Notes under the pieces: model-generated | Database searches by the model: none | What the model was told of the DNA's origin: nothing | Seen by the model: the letters and a program-made list of their open reading frames with translations, nothing else | Translations under genes and position numbers: made by a program | Assembly (NCBI GenBank): GCA_965243135.1 | Contig: OZ251539.1 | Coordinates: 5,760,001 to 5,824,000 of the forward strand | Source: Alphaproteobacteria bacterium | GTDB lineage: Bacteria > Pseudomonadota > Alphaproteobacteria > MPNO01 > UBA830 | Direction of reading: 5' to 3' | Length of the DNA stretch: 64,000 bases | Shown here: positions 39,106 through 49,247 of the stretch, in pieces | Position numbering within the stretch: position 1 is the first letter of the stretch | How the letters are laid out: each line of letters begins with the position of its first letter

Positions 39106-40502
39106 GGCGGAAAGTCTGGCACGAGGTCGCGCTGACATCCGAGGCCAACGAAGCCGCTTGCGATCACCTTCTGCAACATTATCGAAGCGGCGAATGTCAA
39201 GAAGATCTTTGTTTTGGGCTGTGGACGCCCAGCACGGGTCTGGAACGGGAAACGGCCATCGTCACGTCTATTTTACTGCCGACCGGCGACGAAAGAAGCC
39301 TGCACGGCAATGCGAGTTTCGAACCGGCATATCTTGCAAGAGCGGCGCGAGCGGCGATCAAGGCTGGTCAAGGATTGGCATTCATGCACAGCCATCCGGG
39401 CGACGGATGGCAGGACATGAGCCCTCTGGACACCCGGGCGGAACGGAACCGCATCGCAGACACCGCGAGGGCGACAGGCAAGCCGCTGATCGGGATGACT
39501 GTCGGAGCCGACGGGTATTGGAGCGCCAGAGTCTGGAAGGAAAAATCGCGCAAAAAAACGAGATCGTGGTCCAGAAAAGTCAGGGTTCTGGAAAAGGGGC
39601 GTCTGGTGATCTGGCGATGTCCCGTATCGGAACGGATGGACAGACGAAAGCAGAGGAGAACCATAGAGAGTTGGGGGGAGGAGAGACAGCGGCGCTTGGA
39701 GGCGTTGCGCGTCGGGATAGTCGGTCTCGGCAGCGTCGGCAGCGTGGTGGCGGAAGGCCTCGCCCGAACGGGTATACGCGAATTGGTGCTGATTGACGAC
39801 GATATTGTGGAACCGCACAATCTGGATCGTCTCTTGAACGCGAGCGCGAAGGACATCGGACGTCCGAAAACCGATGTCGCCGAAAGATCCGTGCGAAGAG
39901 TCAGCACTGCCGGAAAGATCCAGATCATCAACCATCGCCGAAAGATCCAGGAATGGGAAGCGTATGCGTCTGCGCGCGATTGCGACGTTCTCTTTAGTTG
40001 CGTCGATAGCCCCTTGGCCCGAGACCTCTTGAATAGAATCGCTTACCGGGACGCCATCCCGGTGTTGGATGGCGGCGTGGAGGTAAGGAAAGACCCTAGA
40101 AACGGCAACATGAACGCAGCGCGATGGAAGGCTCATGCAGTGAACCCTTATAGGGAATGCCTTAGGTGCAAGGGGCAATACACTTCAAGCGACGTAATGT
40201 TGGAACTGGATGGATCATGGCGAAGTCCCCATTACATCAGGGGATCAGGGCGTGATGAAAGAGGCGCGGAAAACGTTTTTTGCCTGAGCTTGTCGGTAGC
40301 GAGCGAACTTCTTAACGCGATGCTGCGCATGTTGATCGCTGAAACATGGTGGCCGGATCAGCAAGGAATAGAGCGCAACCTCGTAACCGGAAGAACGAAA
40401 AAACAAAGCGGCGTCTGCCATGAAAATTGCTCAATAAATCGTGAAAGGTGGTGTGGAGACTGCGGAAGCGAGATTGCTTATCTCGAATCTGATTCCACCT
40501 GA
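39102..40502 (+). CDS. JAB peptidase - ThiF/E1 fusion
   Basis: N-terminal E...FMHSHP...MSPLD (JAMM motif); C-terminal VGLGSVG, DDDIVEPHNLDR, CVDS, CLRC and CHENC zinc ligands. Confidence 0.85.
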   Translation: MRRKVWHEVALTSEANEAACDHLLQHYRSGECQEDLCFGLWTPSTGLERETAIVTSILLPTGDERSLHGNASFEPAYLARAARAAIKAGQGLAFMHSHPGDGWQDMSPLDTRAERNRIADTARATGKPLIGMTVGADGYWSARVWKEKSRKKTRSWSRKVRVLEKGRLVIWRCPVSERMDRRKQRRTIESWGEERQRRLEALRVGIVGLGSVGSVVAEGLARTGIRELVLIDDDIVEPHNLDRLLNASAKDIGRPKTDVAERSVRRVSTAGKIQIINHRRKIQEWEAYASARDCDVLFSCVDSPLARDLLNRIAYRDAIPVLDGGVEVRKDPRNGNMNAARWKAHAVNPYRECLRCKGQYTSSDVMLELDGSWRSPHYIRGSGRDERGAENVFCLSLSVASELLNAMLRMLIAETWWPDQQGIERNLVTGRTKKQSGVCHENCSINRERWCGDCGSEIAYLESDST

Positions 40503-40545
40503 AATTGACCTTTCGAATTGAAACATCCTTTGACAGGAGGGTATC

Positions 40546-41547
40546 GTGACAAGCGTAAAGAATAGCTGGAACGATTTGATCGAAAAATTGAATCACATAA
40601 TCGAAAAAGGCTCTGAGAAACCAGGATATTTTCAGAAGGTACGTGGTTTGTTTGACGAAAGTCAGAAACTCGTTCTGTACGACGACTTGCGGCCATACGA
40701 AGTTAATCTGGTGCATTATACGACATGGAACAACGCTCTAAACATGTTCGACCCGAGCGTTGACGTCCCTATTATGAGAATGTACAACTACGAACAGTCC
40801 AACGATCCCGACGAAGGTCGAATCATTCCTTCGGAATGGAAAAAAGTGATAGATGAAGCGAATTGGATTGCCGATTACTCGGGATGCGGCAACATGTGGG
40901 AAAGAGGGCTTGAATTCGGAGGTAGTACATATGGTTGTTCGTTTTCCTCCGGTCCTTCCGGGGTTGAAGACGATCTGACGTATTGGCGACTATACGGCAA
41001 CGATGGCGACGGGTGCTCGCTCAAAATATCTTCGACCCACGATTTTCGAATTTACAAGGTGCGCTACCGAGACGAGAAAACTGGAACCGAGCAAGAAGAG
41101 GAGGATAGGCAAGTTGCCGAACGTTTGAGATCTCTTTTTCGAGTAGGTAAAATGACGGTTGAAAAATCCCCTGGCAAATATAAACCCGAAGTAGGCAAAG
41201 TGATCGCGGAAGGACTGCAAAAAATTATCTATGGATATTGCCACTTGATCAAGCATAAAGCCTATGCAGGCGAGGAGGAATGGCGCATGATTAATGTCAT
41301 GCCGAGGCCGGACGAAGTTCAATATGAGGTGACATCGGAGAATTTGGTGAAGAGATACGTCGAAGGGCCCGCTCTGCGTGATGTACTTGTTTCTTCTTCG
41401 TCCATTACCATTGGCCCTACCGTACCGAATCGAGGAGCTGCGCGAGCTTATGTCGAGCATTTGGTAAATAAAGTTCACAAAATGCGTAATGTGGACGTCA
41501 AAAACTCCGACAAGACTTATCGCTCGTCTCCGTTTCAAAGTTCGTAG
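40546..41547 (+). CDS. DUF2971 family protein
   Basis: VHYTT, NDPDEG, CSFS, LTYWRLYGNDGDGC, IKHKAY..EEEWR, TIGP motifs; AT-rich. Confidence 0.75.
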   Translation: MTSVKNSWNDLIEKLNHIIEKGSEKPGYFQKVRGLFDESQKLVLYDDLRPYEVNLVHYTTWNNALNMFDPSVDVPIMRMYNYEQSNDPDEGRIIPSEWKKVIDEANWIADYSGCGNMWERGLEFGGSTYGCSFSSGPSGVEDDLTYWRLYGNDGDGCSLKISSTHDFRIYKVRYRDEKTGTEQEEEDRQVAERLRSLFRVGKMTVEKSPGKYKPEVGKVIAEGLQKIIYGYCHLIKHKAYAGEEEWRMINVMPRPDEVQYEVTSENLVKRYVEGPALRDVLVSSSSITIGPTVPNRGAARAYVEHLVNKVHKMRNVDVKNSDKTYRSSPFQSS

Positions 41548-41713
41548 CCGCGGGGCGCGAAGAACTTTTCGCTGAACCGGATACCGCCGCCGCTGCGCCG
41601 CGTTCGGAATCGCTTCGCGAGCGGACCGGAAAATCCTGGAAATGGCGCTTCGCAGGGCGAGGCATATCGTCTTCGCGAAAATCAGGGATGATTTTTCCGG
41701 CGAACGACAACCT

Positions 41714-42043
41714 TCAGACGATTGGCGCGTCGAAAGCGTATCGGGAATGCGGATCCTCGATTTCGACGACCCAGAGATCGGGATCGAACTCCGCCTCGCG
41801 CGCGATGACCCGGTCGACCTTCGGCTCGTCCTCGGGGCCTCCGGCGCGACGCCACGCGGGCGCTCCGTCGATCGTCAGGCTGCGGGCGAAGACCTCGAAG
41901 CGGCCGTCGAGGAGGTTGCGCTTGATCAGAACCTGCCCCGAATCCGGATCGCCCCGGCGGGCGACCGCGGCCGGTATGAACGCCGCGTCGCACATTCTGA
42001 CCTGAGCGGCAACCCAGAGCGCGGTCTTGAGGCGAGGCTCCAT
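41714..42043 (-). CDS. DUF1491 family protein
   Basis: RLKTALWV, RRGDPDSG, FDPDLWVVEIED. Confidence 0.85.
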   Translation of the reverse strand: MEPRLKTALWVAAQVRMCDAAFIPAAVARRGDPDSGQVLIKRNLLDGRFEVFARSLTIDGAPAWRRAGGPEDEPKVDRVIAREAEFDPDLWVVEIEDPHSRYAFDAPIV

Positions 42044-42117
42044 CGGGCGGACGGGCGGCCGGGCAGACGGCGGGCCGCTTTTGGGGAGTCGCGAGCCTGC
42101 CGCCGTCCGGACGTTCG

Positions 42118-43008
42118 TTACCGGGATTCCCTGCCGCCGAGAAAAGAGGCGTACACGCCGACGGACTCCTGCATCGTCCGGTTCCTGTCCATCGTTTCCC
42201 GGGTCTCGGCCGCGAACGGAGTCGCGTCGAGCAGGCGGTAGACTTCCGCCGCCCCCTTGTGGAAGCGCGGGGTCAACCCGACGCTTTCGTAGGTCGCGGC
42301 GATTTCTTCCATTTCGCCGATCCAGCGGCCCGCGTCCGCCGGCAGGGCCGGAACGCGCCGGGACATCCGGGCGAGCGCGTCCGGCTGGCTGTCAGCCCAT
42401 TCCGCTTCCATGACTTCGCGAATGCCGAGCGCTTCGGCCGCCGTATAAGCCGCGGTCAGAAGGGTGTCCGTGCCCTTGGTGATCGACGCGTAGATCATCT
42501 TGACGGCGGACGCGCGGCCGATTTCGTCGCCGAGTTGGCGGACGACCTTGCCGTTGCCGTCGAACGCGTTCATTGCGCTCGCGCAGGGCCCCGAGACGTA
42601 AAGGCGCGTCGCCTTCCCGCTTTTGAGCGGCGCCCAGCCGACGATGCCGCCGTCGATGTAGTCGGCTCCGGCCTTCGCCATAGCATCCGCGATCCGGAGC
42701 GACGTCGCCGGGGAGATCGCGTTCATGTCGGCATAGGCCGGCGCGCGGCCGGCCGTCCGCATGGCGGCCGCGGCGGCGTTCGCGAACCCTTCCGCCTGTT
42801 CGGGCGGCATGACGGAAAGTATCAGATCCGCTTCCGACGTCAGCGCTTCGAGGTCGGGAACGGTCCGGAAGCCCGCTCGTTCCGAGCGCATGCGCGTCTC
42901 GGAACTGCGGCCCGAGAGAACCGTGACGATATCGAAGCCCTGCCCCTTGATCGAGGCGCCGATGCCTTCCCCCATGTCTCCGGGGCTCATGATCGCCACC
43001 GTTTTCAT
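42118..43008 (-). CDS. NAD(P)-dependent oxidoreductase (6PGD-like, DUF1932)
   Basis: SPGDMG Rossmann motif, DMNAISP, DGGIVG, KMIYASITKG, RWIGEMEEIA. Confidence 0.85.
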   Translation of the reverse strand: MKTVAIMSPGDMGEGIGASIKGQGFDIVTVLSGRSSETRMRSERAGFRTVPDLEALTSEADLILSVMPPEQAEGFANAAAAAMRTAGRAPAYADMNAISPATSLRIADAMAKAGADYIDGGIVGWAPLKSGKATRLYVSGPCASAMNAFDGNGKVVRQLGDEIGRASAVKMIYASITKGTDTLLTAAYTAAEALGIREVMEAEWADSQPDALARMSRRVPALPADAGRWIGEMEEIAATYESVGLTPRFHKGAAEVYRLLDATPFAAETRETMDRNRTMQESVGVYASFLGGRESR

Positions 43009-43669
43009 GCCGTTCTCCCGTCGCTTTCGGGAACGACACTAGCCGCTGATCGTCCGAACGGGCAAGGGACGGCCGACATCGGCGCGGGGAGCGGATAACT
43101 TCGGAGAGCGAAGGACGGGGTCTTCCGGCCTTGGACGCTTCGCTGCGGGATTTCGGCTTTCGAGTCCTGAGGACGGCGGGAGATCCTGTCGTTCCGCCGC
43201 TCGCTCTCGCTGCCGCGGAGGTTGCCGAAGGGTTCGCGTCGGCTGTCCGACGATCCATGCAGTGCGGTCCGCAACTTTCGAAGATCGCCGCTTTCGGGAT
43301 CTTGCGGAGGATTCCGGCCGCGAAACGGCTCCTGCGGCCCAGGCAGGTTGTCCGAATTTCGTTGCGTCCGTTCGATTCCCTCGCGCTTGGGACGGGAGTT
43401 TACCCGAGGTCGAGACTGCCGGCCGGCGTCGTTCGATTCCCGCGCGTCTGGAACGGGAACTGCGGCGGAAGCGGGCCTTCCAGCGCTCGGAGCGCTTCCG
43501 AAAAAGCGCCGCCGGCCTCGGCGCGGCCGGCGGGCTTCGCAGGGTTGCCGCTCTCCGCGCGGACGCCGCGTCCTGCATCTTCGGCGCGCTGAACTTCGCT
43601 CGCCGCCGACTTCCGGCGCCCGACGCGGCGCCGGCGCCCGAAGAACGGCGCCGACGTCGCGGGGAAACG

Positions 43670-45160
43670 TCACGAAAGCGGAAGGGCGACGAACAGGTCG
43701 CTGCCGCCCCTGCGCACGAGCAACAACAGCGGCTTCTTGTCGCCCGACGCCTTCAGCGCGTCCTCGACGGCCTCGGCCACTTCCGACGGAGCGTCCGGCT
43801 TCTCGCCCGAGATCTGGCGTATGACGTCGCCGGGACGCACGCCCTTGCCGGCCGCGACGCCGGACGGGTCGGTTTCGACGACGACGACGCCGTCGACGTC
43901 GTCCGCGAGGTCGAAACGCTCGCGAAGCGCCTCGTCGATCTTCGCCAGCGTCATTCCAAGCCGCGTTTTGACCTCGTCTTCCTTCTTCTCCGCCACGACG
44001 GTCGCCGTTTCCGGCATGTCGCCGATCTTGACCGCAATCTCGGTCTCGACGCGGTCGCGCAGGACCGTCAGCGCCGTCCTGGTGCCCGACGGTATATCCG
44101 CGATGATGCGCGGCAGCTCGCGCATCTTGCCGACGCGTTTGCCGTCGACCGCGACGATGACGTCGCCCTGCCGCAGGCCCGCCGCGGCCGCCGGGCTGTT
44201 CTCGGTCACGTTCGATACGAGCGCTCCTTCGGCCGTTTCGAGGCCGAGTCCGGAGGCGAGGTCTTCCGTGACGGTCTGAATGGCGACGCCCAGCCACCCG
44301 CGCGACACCTTGCCTGCAGCTTTCAACTGCTCGACGATTCGCTGCGCCATGTCCGACGGGACGGCGAAGCCGACGCCCGCGTTGGTTCCCGTGGGCGACA
44401 TGATCGCGGTGTTCACGCCGATCACCTCGCCTTCGAGATTGAAGGCCGGTCCGCCGGAGTTCCCGCGATTGATGGACGCGTCTATCTGCAGGAAGTTGTC
44501 GTAGGGACCGCTGCCGATGTCGCGGCTGCGGGCCGACACGATGCCTACCGTCGCCGTTTGCCGGAGGCCGAACGGGCTGCCGATCGCGATCACCCAGTCC
44601 CCGACCCGCGTGCCTGCCGAGGAGCCGAAGCGCACGTGCGGCAGGGTCCGGTCGGCGTCCACCTTGAGAAGGGCGAGGTCGGTCTTGGGATCGCGCCCGA
44701 TCAGCGTCGCCTCGAAGACTTCGCCGTCGCTCAGCACCACCTCGATCTTGCTGGCTTCGTCGACGACGTGGTTGTTGGTGACCGCATGGCCGTCGGCATC
44801 GATGAAGAAGCCGGAGCCCATGCCGCTCACGCGCGGCTCCGACCATCCCTCGCGGCGCTCGAAGAAGCGTCTGGCGAAGTCTTCTCCGAAAAAGCGCTTG
44901 AGCGAGTCCGGCAGGTCGGGAAGCGAGGCGGAGGCGTTTTCGGCGGTCTGCCTGGTCACGCGGATGGAAACCACCGCCGGACCGACGCGTTCGACGATAT
45001 CCGCGAGACTGGCCGGCAGCTGGCGCGGCGACGAGACCGGCGAAGTCGGCGAGGCCGCGAGCTGTCCGCTCGACAGCACGCCGCCCGCGGCTCCGACCGC
45101 CGCGACTGCGACGAGTGCCGCGACTGCGGCCGCGGCTCTGAGTTTGGACTTGTGCGACAT
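43670..45160 (-). CDS. DegP/DegQ (HtrA) serine endoprotease with two PDZ domains
   Basis: GSGF, TNNHVV, DLALLK, INRGNSGG; RBS GGAGG before MSHKSK. The 1296-aa ORF call includes a spurious N-terminal extension. Confidence 0.93.
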   Translation of the reverse strand: MSHKSKLRAAAAVAALVAVAAVGAAGGVLSSGQLAASPTSPVSSPRQLPASLADIVERVGPAVVSIRVTRQTAENASASLPDLPDSLKRFFGEDFARRFFERREGWSEPRVSGMGSGFFIDADGHAVTNNHVVDEASKIEVVLSDGEVFEATLIGRDPKTDLALLKVDADRTLPHVRFGSSAGTRVGDWVIAIGSPFGLRQTATVGIVSARSRDIGSGPYDNFLQIDASINRGNSGGPAFNLEGEVIGVNTAIMSPTGTNAGVGFAVPSDMAQRIVEQLKAAGKVSRGWLGVAIQTVTEDLASGLGLETAEGALVSNVTENSPAAAAGLRQGDVIVAVDGKRVGKMRELPRIIADIPSGTRTALTVLRDRVETEIAVKIGDMPETATVVAEKKEDEVKTRLGMTLAKIDEALRERFDLADDVDGVVVVETDPSGVAAGKGVRPGDVIRQISGEKPDAPSEVAEAVEDALKASGDKKPLLLLVRRGGSDLFVALPLS

Positions 45161-45379
45161 TGAAACCTCCATTTGTCGGGAATTCCCGGTGAAGATAGGT
45201 CGCTCCGGCTTACCGCATCCTGTCCGGGAGATTAAAAATTCGTAATCTTTTGGAGACGCGTGGAGAGGCGCGCGGGAGTTCCCGCCGACCTCTTGCAGGG
45301 GACGCGCGTCACGCGCTTTCCCGCGTTGCCGGAACGTGCTAACAGTCCGCGCGAAAGAACCGACCAGAGGAGGATCGAG

Positions 45380-46624
45380 ATGAGACTTTCCAGGTGGATC
45401 AAGGGACCGCTCGTCGCGGCGGCCGTGGGAGCTGCGCTCGTTTCGCCGGCGCAGGCTCAGGACAACATCAAGATCGGTTTCGGCATGGCGCTGACCGGCG
45501 GCCTCGCGGGAGCGGGCAAGGCGGCGTTGATCGCCATGCAGATTTGGGCGGACGACGTCAACGCCAAGGGCGGCATTCTCGGACGCAAGGTCGAACTCAA
45601 GTACTACGACGACCAGACGAACCCCGCGACCGTTCCCGGCATCTACACGAAGCTGCTCGACGTCGACGAGGTCGACTTCGTGGTGTCGGGCTACGGCACC
45701 AACCTGATCGCGCCGGCGATGCCGATCGTGATGCAGCGCGGGCTCGTCTTCCCGGCCCTGTTCGGCCTGGCGGTGAACGAGAAGTTCAACTATTCGAACT
45801 ACTTCCAGATCATGCCTGCCGGTCCGAAGCCGCTGACCGACTGGTCGCGCGGCTTCTTCGAGATCGCCATGCAGCAGAATCCCAAGCCGAAGACCATCGC
45901 GCTCGTCGGCGCCGACGCGGAATTCGCGCGCAACGCCGTCAAGGGAGCCCGGCTGCACGCGAAGCGCATCGGCCTCGAAATCGTCTACGATCAGACCTAT
46001 CCGCCGCGGACGCCGGACTACACGCCGATCGTGCGCGCTATCCAGGCGCGCAATCCCGACATCGTTTATGTCGGTTCCTATCCGCCGGATTCGGTTGGGA
46101 TGGTCAAGGCGGCGACGGAAATCGGCCTCAAGGCCAAGATGTTCGGCGGCGGCATGGTGGGGCTGCAGTACGCCTCGATCATGACGGCCCTGGGCGCGAA
46201 GCTGAACGGCATCGTCAACTACGATTTCTGGGTGCCGGAGCCGACGCTCAAGTTCGAGGGCGTCGAGGCCTTCCTCGCCAAGTACCAGAAGGCGGCCGAA
46301 GGCAAGGGCGTCGATCCGCTCGGATACTACCTGCCGCCGTACGCGTACGCCTATCTGCAGTTGCTCGACCAGGCGATAACCGCGACCAAGAGCACGGACC
46401 ACGCGAAGGTCGGCGAGTACATGCGCAAGGCGACCTTCGATACGGTCGTGGGCAAGGTGAAGTTCGCCGGCAACGGCGAGTGGGCGAAGACTCGCGCGCT
46501 GATGGTCCAGTACCAGGGCATCAAGGACAGCAAGCTCGAAACCTTCACCAAGACGGGAACGCGGGTCGTTCTCTATCCCACCGAATGGAAGTCGGGCGAC
46601 GTGAACTATCCCTACGCCAAGTAG
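45380..46624 (+). CDS. Branched-chain amino acid-type ABC substrate-binding protein
   Basis: Signal peptide, IKIG..ALTG, NAKGGILGRKVEL..YDD. Confidence 0.9.
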   Translation: MRLSRWIKGPLVAAAVGAALVSPAQAQDNIKIGFGMALTGGLAGAGKAALIAMQIWADDVNAKGGILGRKVELKYYDDQTNPATVPGIYTKLLDVDEVDFVVSGYGTNLIAPAMPIVMQRGLVFPALFGLAVNEKFNYSNYFQIMPAGPKPLTDWSRGFFEIAMQQNPKPKTIALVGADAEFARNAVKGARLHAKRIGLEIVYDQTYPPRTPDYTPIVRAIQARNPDIVYVGSYPPDSVGMVKAATEIGLKAKMFGGGMVGLQYASIMTALGAKLNGIVNYDFWVPEPTLKFEGVEAFLAKYQKAAEGKGVDPLGYYLPPYAYAYLQLLDQAITATKSTDHAKVGEYMRKATFDTVVGKVKFAGNGEWAKTRALMVQYQGIKDSKLETFTKTGTRVVLYPTEWKSGDVNYPYAK

Positions 46625-46650
46625 GCGCGCCTCGGAAACGCGGGCGCCGA

Positions 46651-46687
46651 CTCCCGCCCGGACGGTCTTTCGCCGTCCGGGCGGGAG
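46651..46687 (+). other. Intercistronic stem-loop (perfect 15-bp stem)
   Basis: CTCCCGCCCGGACGG-N7-CCGTCCGGGCGGGAG between the binding-protein and permease genes. No U-tract, so more likely an mRNA stabiliser than a terminator. Confidence 0.7.
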
Positions 46688-46705
46688 GCCAGCCGGGAAC
46701 AGCTT

Positions 46706-47578
46706 GTGTTTAGCTTCGAACTTCTGCTGAACGCCATCGTCATCGGCGTTCTGCTGGGCGGCTTCTACGCCGCCGTCAGCCTCGGACTGACGGTCGCGTT
46801 CGGCCAGCTCGACATCGTCAACATCTCCCACCCCGCCTTCGTCATTCTGGGATCGTACATCGCCTACATGTGCAACAGCCTGTGGGGTCTCGATCCGGTC
46901 CTCGTCGGGATCGCCTTCGCGCCGGTGTTCTATTTCGTCGGCGTCGGAGTCTACCGGATCTACTTCGAGAGCTTCGAAAGAAAGGGCGACGAGGCGCTGC
47001 GCGGGCTCGCCTTCTTCTTCGGGGTCATGTTCATCATCGAGGTCGGGCTGATCATCGCCTACGGCGTCGATTTCCGCACGGTGCAGGCGGGCTATATCGG
47101 CCAGAACTGGAAAATCGGGCCTGTCGGCATCCCGACCCGCATGTTCGTGCCGTTCTGCGTCGCGATCGCGATGTTCGCGGCCGTTTACGTCTACATGTCG
47201 CGCACGTTCAACGGCCGGGCGATCATGGCCGTCGCCCAGGATCGGCTGGCGCTGCAGTTGATGGCGGCGGACCCGGTGCGCATCAAGCAGCTCGGCTTCG
47301 GCATCGGCATCGCCACGACCTCGGTTGCCGGCGCGCTGCTGATCATCATCATTCCCATCGAGCCGTCGATCGGCCGCCTGTACATCGGCCAGGTCTTCGC
47401 GATCGCCGTTCTCGCCGGGCTCGGATCGATTCCGGGCACCCTGGTCGCCGCGTTGATCCTCGGCATCGTCGAGAGTTTCGTCTCGACCTTCTACGGCCCC
47501 TCCTGGGCGCCGGCGGTCGCCTTCGGCATTCTGCTGCTGGCGCTCGCCTTCCGGCCGCAAGGGCTGTTCGGACGATGA
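46706..47578 (+). CDS. ABC permease, LivH-like
   Basis: GLTVAFG..DIVNISH, GRAIMAVAQD, RPQGLFG. Confidence 0.9.
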   Translation: MFSFELLLNAIVIGVLLGGFYAAVSLGLTVAFGQLDIVNISHPAFVILGSYIAYMCNSLWGLDPVLVGIAFAPVFYFVGVGVYRIYFESFERKGDEALRGLAFFFGVMFIIEVGLIIAYGVDFRTVQAGYIGQNWKIGPVGIPTRMFVPFCVAIAMFAAVYVYMSRTFNGRAIMAVAQDRLALQLMAADPVRIKQLGFGIGIATTSVAGALLIIIIPIEPSIGRLYIGQVFAIAVLAGLGSIPGTLVAALILGIVESFVSTFYGPSWAPAVAFGILLLALAFRPQGLFGR

Positions 47579-48528
47579 CGGCGCTGAAGTCGTTCTGGCT
47601 CTGGGCCGTCGTGATCGTCGCGCTCGGCGCGGCGATGACGCTTTTCGACGTGGTCGCGATCAACAAGTTCCTTTATTTCGCGGGTTACGTGGTGCTGCAG
47701 TACGTGGTGCTGGCGACCGCGTGGAACATCATGGGCGGCTACATGGGATACGTGAACTTCGGTTCGGCCGGGTTCTTCGCCATCGGCGCCTATACGTCGG
47801 TGGTCCTGTACAAGCTGGTGCAGGCGCCGCTGCTCGTCATGATACCGGTCGCGGGCGTCGTCTGCGGCCTGATCGGCCTCGGGACCGGCTACCTGACGCT
47901 CCGGCTGCGCGGCGTGTTCTTCGCGATCGCGACGCTGGCGCTGGCCGTCGTGCTCGAGACGCTGATGACGAACTGGGAGTACGTCGGCGGCGCGGCCGGG
48001 GCCTACGTCCTGCGGCCGCGCGAAATCGCGCCGTTCGGCGATTACGTCGAGTACCTGTTTTTCATGATGCTGGTCCTGGCGGTGTTCGCCGTCGCCGTCG
48101 CGCGCTGGATCGAGAACTCGAAGATCGGGCGCGGCTTCGCGGCCATCCGCGACGACGAGCTCGCGGCCGAGTGTTCGGGCGTGCCGACGTTGCGGCTCAA
48201 GCTGATTTCGACCACCGTGTCCGGATTCCTGATGGGGGTCGCGGGCGCGCCGTTCGCCCTCTACGTCAGCTTCATCGAACCGGTCTCCGCCTTCAACCTG
48301 ATATACGCCGTCAACGCCATCGCGATGCCGATGATCGGCGGCGCGACGACGTGGATCGGGCCGGTGATCGGCGCGTTGCTGCTCGGTTCGGCCCAGCAAG
48401 TCGCCACCGTCACGATCTCTTCGGAACTCAATCTTCTCATCGTCGGCGTGTTGCTGGTGTTTTTCGTCATCGCCGCGCCCGACGGCATCGTCGGGCTGGT
48501 GCGCAAATGGCGGGGAGGCGGCAAATGA
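47575..48528 (+). CDS. ABC permease, LivM-like
   Basis: WNIMGGYMGYVNFG, LRLRGVFFAIATL, AIRDDELAAE. Confidence 0.9.
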   Translation: MTALKSFWLWAVVIVALGAAMTLFDVVAINKFLYFAGYVVLQYVVLATAWNIMGGYMGYVNFGSAGFFAIGAYTSVVLYKLVQAPLLVMIPVAGVVCGLIGLGTGYLTLRLRGVFFAIATLALAVVLETLMTNWEYVGGAAGAYVLRPREIAPFGDYVEYLFFMMLVLAVFAVAVARWIENSKIGRGFAAIRDDELAAECSGVPTLRLKLISTTVSGFLMGVAGAPFALYVSFIEPVSAFNLIYAVNAIAMPMIGGATTWIGPVIGALLLGSAQQVATVTISSELNLLIVGVLLVFFVIAAPDGIVGLVRKWRGGGK

Positions 48529-49247
48529 GCGGGGAGCGCCTTCTCGACGCCCGCGCCGTCGTCAAGCGATTCGGGGGGTTCACGGCCCTCGACGGCGTCG
48601 ATCTCCACGTGAACGAGGGGGAGCGTTTCGGGCTGATCGGTCCCAACGGGTCCGGAAAGACGACGATGATCAACTGCATCTCCGGCGCGCTGGCGAACGA
48701 GGGCGGCGAAATCCTGTTCAAGGGCCGCAAGCTGGACGGGATGAAGCCGCACGAGCGGACCCGCATCGGCATCTGCCGGTCTTTCCAGATTCCGAAGCCG
48801 TTTTCGTCGATGACGGTGCGCGAGAACCTGGAGATTCCGCTCGAATACGCGACCGGAACGGAGCGCGGGCGCATCCGCGGCCGCGCGGCGGAGATACTGG
48901 AGACCATCGGCCTCGCCGATCTCGCCGAGGTCGGTTCCGGCAGTCTCACGCAGATCGACATGCGCAAGCTGGAACTGGCCCGCGCGATGGCGGCCGAGCC
49001 GAAACTGCTGATTTCCGACGAGGCGATGGCGGGCCTGTCCGCGGCCGAGGTCGACGACATCCTGGAAATTCTGTTCCGCCTCAACCGGCAGGGCATCACG
49101 ATCATCATGATCGAGCACATCATGAGGGCCGTCATGCGGTTCTCGGAACGCATCGCGGTGCTCGACGCGGGGCGCAAGATCGCCGAGGGCACGCCGGACG
49201 AGATCGTCAACAATCCCGAAGTCGAGAAGGCTTATCTCGGTGAGTAG
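48525..49247 (+). CDS. ABC ATP-binding protein, LivG-like
   Basis: GPNGSGKTT, RSFQ, IEHIM, V..AYLG. Confidence 0.9.
   Translation: MSGERLLDARAVVKRFGGFTALDGVDLHVNEGERFGLIGPNGSGKTTMINCISGALANEGGEILFKGRKLDGMKPHERTRIGICRSFQIPKPFSSMTVRENLEIPLEYATGTERGRIRGRAAEILETIGLADLAEVGSGSLTQIDMRKLELARAMAAEPKLLISDEAMAGLSAAEVDDILEILFRLNRQGITIIMIEHIMRAVMRFSERIAVLDAGRKIAEGTPDEIVNNPEVEKAYLGE

Noticed and set aside
38398-41547. Type II CBASS/Pycsar, or ThiF/MoeB sulfur transfer
   Set aside because: No cyclase gene; domain order is JAB-E1 with a separate E2; no thiamine or molybdopterin genes and no GG-ending carrier.
43020-43660. ORFs between the oxidoreductase and protease genes
   Set aside because: No recognisable family, RBS or consistent codon pattern.
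45161-47560. 800-aa N-terminal extension making a 1296-aa protease
   Set aside because: Antisense to the ABC transporter genes; the protease has its own RBS and signal peptide at 45160.
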